From Gammaproteobacteria bacterium (GTDB lineage: Bacteria > Pseudomonadota > Gammaproteobacteria > GCA-001735895), in assembly GCA_050298595.1 (NCBI GenBank), contig JBNKUM010000057.1, positions 1 through 34,835 of the forward strand: a stretch of 34,835 nt of DNA, given 5' to 3'. Position numbers and translations under genes: made by a program. Numbering within the stretch: position 1 is the first letter of the stretch; every line of letters begins with the position of its first letter. A model generated the notes under the pieces. The model was not told where the DNA came from. It saw only the letters and a list, made by a program, of their open reading frames with translations, and searched no databases. Shown here one piece after another: positions 29,536 to 34,835 of this stretch.

Positions 29536-30327
29536 TTATCGGCAATCGCTAGCTAGTTTTTTTACCAATGATCTGCGCTTTTTTCTCAATGTTTCGCCCA
29601 ATGATACAGTGTACTCCTGACTCATTCGGTCATCTATATTTTTAATTTCTGATTCGTAACCTCTTTTACATTCAATAATCTGTTTTAGTTTTTTTTCCTT
29701 TCTATTTCTTTCCTGAGCATCCATCATTTCTTTATTACTGGTTTGGTGATCTTTCGATCGATAGGCGCCAATAGTTGCAGAATTATCGAATTGCCTTTTC
29801 TGTACTACGCTTTGATCAATAAACTTTTGCAGTCGTATTGCTTCTTCTCGTTCTTTATCGTCGCAACTGAAAATTATTTTCTGAAATTCTTTTGGAAAAT
29901 CTTCACACAAAACTTTACCGAAAGCTTGTGCATTGCACCTGGCTATGGTGAGCTGTGCGACTCTACTGCGTCGCGCATCTGTCGAGAATTTAAAAGAGTA
30001 AACGTAGTTAATTACCCCCAATGTGCCCTGTGAAATTGAATTCACGCCACCGTAACGATCAAATAATTGTTGAGCGCTTAGGCCAGAACGCATATGACTG
30101 AAAACCATTTTTGAAAATGCCCCTGCATATTTGCAGTCCTCCATCTCCACCTGTTTTTTACTGCTTTTCAACAGTTTGTCGGTTTTCTGATTCTGTTTAC
30201 ACGGCAATTGTGAATAACCGACATCACCATTTTCATCGATACATTTGTAAGTTGCTGCGACGGCATCTGAGATAAACGGCAAGATAAAGAGCAGTGAACT
30301 AACAATTAAGAAGGTACTTTTTGGCAT
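29536..30327 (-). CDS. Secreted DUF4124-like protein
   Basis: Start revised to ATG 30327 (AGGAGAAAGGGA upstream). A signal peptide ending AVA is followed by TYKCIDENGDVGYSQLPC. Confidence 0.7.
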   Translation of the reverse strand: MPKSTFLIVSSLLFILPFISDAVAATYKCIDENGDVGYSQLPCKQNQKTDKLLKSSKKQVEMEDCKYAGAFSKMVFSHMRSGLSAQQLFDRYGGVNSISQGTLGVINYVYSFKFSTDARRSRVAQLTIARCNAQAFGKVLCEDFPKEFQKIIFSCDDKEREEAIRLQKFIDQSVVQKRQFDNSATIGAYRSKDHQTSNKEMMDAQERNRKEKKLKQIIECKRGYESEIKNIDDRMSQEYTVSLGETLRKKRRSLVKKLASDCR

Positions 30328-30381
30328 TCCCTTTCTCCTTAGATTTAATTTCCAAATATTAAAAAAAACTGACACCTTTTC

Positions 30382-30433
30382 TCCAAACGCCTCGATTTGA
30401 GGTGAGCGAATCCGCAACATTGCTTTGTTATAC
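30382..30433 (-). other. Degenerate attC-like site
   Basis: GTATAAC overlaps the stop codon. ATGTTGCGG/CCTCAAAT inner arms carry an extra G, and the site ends at GTTTGGA. It is only 52 bp. Confidence 0.55.
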
Positions 30434-30877
30434 GTTTTTTGACTTGCCATAACACGCTGTTTCATAGTGCCAAAAGTGTACTACCCAATTTTCTGTTTCG
30501 GGCCAGATAGATACGTCATCACTGGATGGATAGCAGAACTCATCCCAGTACTTGATAAATAGCTCTACAGTAGTTTTTACTGCAGTATCGGGCTGCCATG
30601 ACACTATTATTTCTCCGGACGGCATTTTATCAGCTAGCCAAGATGTAACCTTATCTGAATCGCTGGTATCGATAAAATCTATTGAGTCGAATAACTCTGA
30701 GCTTGGTGAAAACTCATTATCCTTGCCTATAAATGTTAAAGATTTTTCCCATACTTCTTTAGCAGCACGACTATCTAGGGGGTGAATATGCAAAAGTTCA
30801 TTTTCTGATAGCAGACAGTAGTTTTTATCTGTCCACCTCCACTTCAGCTTGAACTTTTCCATAGGTATTACTTGCAC
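30428..30877 (-). CDS. Hypothetical protein, DUF2947-like, cassette-like gene
   Basis: IP...KW...I.PL...A..W and KYWDEFCY pattern. Bounded by GTTATAC and GTATAAC. Confidence 0.7.
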   Translation of the reverse strand: MQVIPMEKFKLKWRWTDKNYCLLSENELLHIHPLDSRAAKEVWEKSLTFIGKDNEFSPSSELFDSIDFIDTSDSDKVTSWLADKMPSGEIIVSWQPDTAVKTTVELFIKYWDEFCYPSSDDVSIWPETENWVVHFWHYETACYGKSKNV

Positions 30878-31189
30878 GATATCAGATCCATAATTACGTA
30901 TAACATTCTAATTGGGCCGCAAGTTGTGGCATTTAATTACCGCAACTTGCGGCCTATCTCGGGGAATTAAAAACGTATTTTGAAGCATGTTTACGACAAC
31001 TTTTAATTATTATTTCCTCGCGATTTCAAAAACTTAGCATATACATCGTCCAGAATCTATCAAAATTATTATTCCGGGATAGGCGGAAAGTTTTCAGATA
31101 TTGAGATGTTTTCAATTTTTCAGGAGTGTATATTTCGTCAATGAGAATAAAGAGTTCTAATTTCTAATTTGGAAAGTCATCCTCAACAG

Positions 31190-31313
31190 ACGAAACCGGG
31201 GTCAGATCACAATTTACTCTAAAGACGAAACCGGGGTGACGAAACCGGGGTCACGAAACCGGGGTCAGATCACAATTTACTCTAATATTAGAATATTCTG
31301 TGATCTGACCCCG
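31190..31313. repeat. GGGGTCAG palindrome with tandem partial copies
   Basis: ACGAAACCGGGGT(C/G) occurs four times. A perfect 15-bp inverted repeat (31260-31274/31299-31313) surrounds TCTAATATTAGA. Confidence 0.93.
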
Positions 31314-31444
31314 ATTTTCAAACTCGCTCCACCAATAAATGCAAACACGATAGCACCCTCAGCTAATTCAACCAGATACCCTAAAAGCCCAAACGTAAAA
31401 GCTCCTTATACGAAGAATCTCAAGTATAAAGCTGAATTACTCAT
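31314..31444 (-). pseudogene. Truncated hydrophobic cassette-like ORF
   Basis: ATG lies 5 bp after GTTATGT. MSNSALYLRFFV*GAFTFGLLGYLVE has an internal stop and runs into the palindrome. Confidence 0.4.
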
Positions 31445-31449
31445 ATATC

Positions 31450-31543
31450 ACATAACGTTTGAGATCACTTAGCGCAGAGCGAAGCGAAGAAATTAGGCCG
31501 CAGGCCTAACGGTCAAGTGAATTGAATCGAGTAGTTTACTCCA
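31450..31543 (-). other. attC-like site with a degenerate left end
   Basis: TCACTT/AAGTGA arms and a TTAGGCC/GGCCTAA central stem. Ends at CTCAAAC-GTTATGT, directly after a stop codon. Confidence 0.6.
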
Positions 31544-31544
31544 C

Positions 31545-31802
31545 TTATTCCCCACTAAAAATTGAAAATAATCCAGACATTCCAGCTACAACAAATGCAA
31601 ATGTAATTATTGGTGCAAGCATTAACGATATGCTAGAACGTGCTAAAAACACATTCTTTTCTCCATATTTATTTTTATGAATGCGTGATTTTACATATAG
31701 CAAAATACCAATAGCCAATGAAATGAAAATTGCAGGTACAAAAGATACAGATAGTAGAACACTAATAATAAAAAGGATCACAGGAATAATTGTGTTTTTC
31801 AT
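31545..31802 (-). CDS. Small hypothetical membrane protein, cassette-like gene
   Basis: 85 aa, hydrophobic and AT-rich. GTTAGCC lies 22 bp upstream. Confidence 0.65.
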   Translation of the reverse strand: MKNTIIPVILFIISVLLSVSFVPAIFISLAIGILLYVKSRIHKNKYGEKNVFLARSSISLMLAPIITFAFVVAGMSGLFSIFSGE

Positions 31803-32205
31803 TTTGCGTAAATCCTATTTTGTAGGCTAACAGTAGAATTCAAAGGCCAACGGCCTCTGAACACATATTAGAAGGCTGGCCTTTTTAATTTTTTGAGGGG
31901 AAAAGAAAACTTGTAACCAATTGATATACCTAGTTATTATTTTCATCCAAAATCCCTGACTCCATTAAATCAGGCCGTGCGCTTTTTAATTTTTTTGTTA
32001 AAGTAGAAAGATAATCATCTATTTCACCCGCATCATATCTCAGGTATTGTTAAGGGTAAATCTACAAACTTGATAAAATACAGAATACCTGACATGAATA
32101 GAAAACAGTATAACGTTCATTTTGCTGTTAGAAAGCCTAGATCATAAGGGATTTCAAGCCTTGCTTGAAATTTCTGTTTTTTTAAATCCCCCTTCAAGCC
32201 TGCGG

Positions 32206-32370
32206 CAAAATGGTGCTCAGATCGGGGTCAAATGGCAGGACGTCATTTGAGGCTCAGCGCGGTGGGACCCGCGTCTGAGCCGACCGCGATCTGGGCATCA
32301 TTTTGACGGTTAAGGGATTGTGGGGCGCGTTTTCTTTGGTGCCTTTCTTTTCGCGAAAAAAGAAAGACAC
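32206..32370. repeat. Branched palindromic intergenic element (MITE/REP-like)
   Basis: A 24-bp imperfect inverted repeat (32206-32229/32282-32305) encloses two hairpins. A further CTTTCTTTT/AAAAGAAAG hairpin follows. Confidence 0.65.
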
Positions 32371-32457
32371 TCGCACGCGTACTCGTCAGACACTACGAAG
32401 CAAGGAAAGATTGGCGTGTGAAACAATTATCCGGAAAGTTGCCACTACCGCAGAGAT

Positions 32458-32503
32458 TACATCCCTTGGTTCCGTAAACGCTACATCCTTGTAGCACTCC
32501 TGC
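32458..32503 (-). repeat. 46-bp GGA-loop hairpin repeat, copy 2
   Basis: Inverted copy of 11419-11464. Confidence 0.85.
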
Positions 32504-32590
32504 TTTACTGCGCTTATTGCCATGGATGGCATGTATGCAGAAAATGCAGGGAGCAATTTTCTGTCGCAATGACAACTTAGTCCCAACAAT

Positions 32591-33472
32591 TCAATACTCC
32601 CCCTTCCCCTTAAACCGCCCAGTATGATCAAATATCCCCTCAAGCTCCTTCATCCGCTCAGATGCCTGTGGCCACAACTTCCGCTCAACCTCGGTAATCA
32701 AAGCCTCAATAACAAACAACGTGGCTACCCCTGAATCCCACCCCGAAGGCGCATCCACATGAGCCGGAAAACTAAAATCTGCCGTATTCGCAATCGGTGA
32801 CATCCATTGGTCGGTAAACAACACCACTTTGATACCTTTATCAGCAGATAATCGCGCAATATTCAACAGATCCGTCTCATAACGACGCACATCAAAAATA
32901 ATCAGCACATCATTCGCATTCATATCCAGCAAATGATGCGACCATAAACTCACCGCACCCGGCAACTTATACACCCCTCCTCTCATCACCTCCAGATGGG
33001 TACCCAGATAATCAGAGAAAGCATGCGTGATACGCCCACCCACCAGATGTAGAGACACAGATTCATCAGCCAATAAATCAACCACCTGATTGAAGGTCTG
33101 GTAGCTAATATGATTCATCGTTTCTCGTAGATTGGTCAACACCGACTCTGATCTTTGATTCAGAATATGCTCCGGCGGGGCACCAGTCGCCCAGCGATTA
33201 TGCTTGGCAATGGGATCAGCCAGGGTATCGCTTAATTCCTTTTTGAGCTCTTTTTGAAAACTAACAAAGCTGGTGAAGCCTATACGTTTCAGGGTTCTCA
33301 TCACCGTCGGTGTAGAAACTTTACAACAGGAAGATAGCTCGGTGATGGAAACCAGACCCGCCATCGGATAGTCGGCCAACAGGTATCTAGCGATCTTCAA
33401 TTCAGCTGGTTTGAATTCCTTAAGCTGGTTTCTAAGACGCTCATCAATGGGTAGTTTGCTACTTTTTTGCAT
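32591..33472 (-). CDS. MurR/RpiR-family transcriptional regulator
   Basis: HTH (AELKIARYLL...VSTPTVMR...GF) plus SIS domain (VVLFTDQWMSPIA). ATG 33472 has a CAGGA RBS. Confidence 0.92.
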   Translation of the reverse strand: MQKSSKLPIDERLRNQLKEFKPAELKIARYLLADYPMAGLVSITELSSCCKVSTPTVMRTLKRIGFTSFVSFQKELKKELSDTLADPIAKHNRWATGAPPEHILNQRSESVLTNLRETMNHISYQTFNQVVDLLADESVSLHLVGGRITHAFSDYLGTHLEVMRGGVYKLPGAVSLWSHHLLDMNANDVLIIFDVRRYETDLLNIARLSADKGIKVVLFTDQWMSPIANTADFSFPAHVDAPSGWDSGVATLFVIEALITEVERKLWPQASERMKELEGIFDHTGRFKGKGEY

Positions 33473-33560
33473 ATTTTCCTGCATCAATATTGTGCAAAAA
33501 AGCCTGTTGCAGCCGTTTTTGCACATATAAATTAATAATTTGACCTAAAAGTTTTATTAA

Positions 33561-33576
33561 TGTAAAAATATTTACA
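33561..33576. promoter_or_regulatory. Probable RpiR-family operator
   Basis: TGTAAA-AATA-TTTACA palindrome between the divergent genes. Confidence 0.6.
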
Positions 33577-33653
33577 CGGTAGATTTCATTCTTCCATGAT
33601 CCGTTAATAAATACAATCAAATCAAACTTTCACCCAGCAGGAGTTAGGACACA

Positions 33654-34706
33654 ATGACAAATAGACGCGATTTTCTGAAAAAGGCCGGTGTTGGTGCTGC
33701 GGCTACAGTAGCTACTGTTAATGCCCCTTTTGTACACGCCGCCAAAAAGACTACCATCAAATGGCGATTACAAACCTATGCTGGCGCAGCACTGGCTGAG
33801 CACGTTATCAAACCAGCGATTGACGATTTCAACAAGGCCGCCAATGGTGACATGGTGATTGAGCTGTACACTGCAGATCAGTTGGTTCCAACCGGTGAAC
33901 TATTCCGCGCCATGCAAAAAGGTACTATCGACGCGGTACAAAGCGACGATGATTCTATGGCTGCGCCGGTTGACCTGTCAGTATTCGGCGGCTATTTCCC
34001 CTTTGCCACTCGCTACAGTCTGGATGTTCCTACACTGTTTCATCAGTACGGTCTGAATGAAATCTGGGAAGAAGCCTATAACGAAGTTGAAAATGTAAAA
34101 TGGCTCAGCGCCGGTTCCTGGGATCCCTGTCATTTCAATACTGTAAAGCCTATTCGTTCATTAGCGGATCTTAAAGGCCTGCGCCTGTACACCTTCCCTA
34201 GCGCTGGTAAGTTTCTGTCACGCTTTGGTGTGGTGCCTGTTTCTATTCCCTATGAAGATGCAGAAGTTGCGGTACAAACCGGTGAACTGGACGGCATGGC
34301 CTGGTCTGGTATCACCGAGGACTACACCGTTGGCTGGGCGAATGTCACCAAGTACTTCCTGACCAATAATCTTACAGGCGCATGGATCGGTTCATTCTTC
34401 GCCAACGAGAAGCAATACGACGCCCTACCTCCACATCTAAAAACCCTGCTCAAGCTGACCATGGATAGCTCACACTACTATCGCCAGCACTGGTACTGGG
34501 GTGGTGAGGCCGACCTGCGCGTGAATGGTCCGAAGATGGAACTCACGTCGATCCCTGATGCGGAATGGGCGACGGTCGAAGCCGCTGGCCGCGAGTTTTG
34601 GGAAGAGATCGCTGCCGAGTCCGAGACCAAGCGGAAGGTTGTCGATATCTTCAAGAAGTACAACGCTGACATGGAGAAGGCCGGACGGCCCTATCGGTAC
34701 AGTTAA
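33654..34706 (+). CDS. dctP: Tat-exported TRAP transporter solute-binding protein (DctP family)
   Basis: NRRDFLK Tat signal, plus WRLQT, IRSLADLKGLR and VQTGELDG. Confidence 0.92.
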   Translation: MTNRRDFLKKAGVGAAATVATVNAPFVHAAKKTTIKWRLQTYAGAALAEHVIKPAIDDFNKAANGDMVIELYTADQLVPTGELFRAMQKGTIDAVQSDDDSMAAPVDLSVFGGYFPFATRYSLDVPTLFHQYGLNEIWEEAYNEVENVKWLSAGSWDPCHFNTVKPIRSLADLKGLRLYTFPSAGKFLSRFGVVPVSIPYEDAEVAVQTGELDGMAWSGITEDYTVGWANVTKYFLTNNLTGAWIGSFFANEKQYDALPPHLKTLLKLTMDSSHYYRQHWYWGGEADLRVNGPKMELTSIPDAEWATVEAAGREFWEEIAAESETKRKVVDIFKKYNADMEKAGRPYRYS

Positions 34707-34835
34707 GTATGAGGCTCAGGTGCGTTGTTCCGAATGGCCTCCGGGGCGTCAGCCCCGGATCGCACCAGCCCTGGGGCCGGGCGCGACCTTTGTCACAAAT
34801 GACAGGTGGTCGGTCCCGGACTGCATGAGAGAATA

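Noticed and set aside
29536-30465. 309-aa version of the DUF4124-like ORF
   Set aside because: The extension overlaps the upstream gene and the attC-like site. The RBS and signal peptide support ATG 30327.
31190-31266. CRISPR array
   Set aside because: The 14-bp units are abutting with no unique spacers, and no cas genes are present.
32108-32133. attI/attC-like GTATAAC...GTTAGAA
   Set aside because: Too short for an attC and no convincing adjacent cassette ORF.
1071-34672. Numerous short antisense or overlapping ORFs (e.g. 18015-18512, 26390-26785, 32386-32643, 10315-10655)
   Set aside because: Shadows of well-supported genes or read-throughs of repeats, with no recognisable motifs.

Overview
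Gammaproteobacterial-type chromosomal window, with the taxonomy inferred from gene content. The left part holds the 3' end of a PKD-domain protein, rlmG, and a complete nine-gene V/A-type ATPase operon (G-C-I-K-F-E-A-B-D, minus strand). The operon is preceded by a perfect FNR box at class II spacing. The middle holds a cysteine hydrolase with a structured leader, an internally duplicated Cro/CI-like HTH protein, aspA with a divergent XRE regulator, a GT-B glycosyltransferase flanked by two 60-bp palindromes, and a GH15-zwf-transaldolase pseudogene cluster. The region from about 21 to 32.5 kb is an AT-rich accessory zone. It contains remnants of a REP-associated (HUH/Y1) transposase, dispersed GGGGWSAS palindromes with micro-duplications next to the motif, integrase-less integron-like cassettes with degenerate attC sites, a PadR/DUF1700-like pair and a 1284-aa M48 peptidase. 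The right end holds an RpiR regulator and a Tat-exported, Arg-less TRAP binding protein resembling ethanolamine binders. All calls were made by eye, without database searches.
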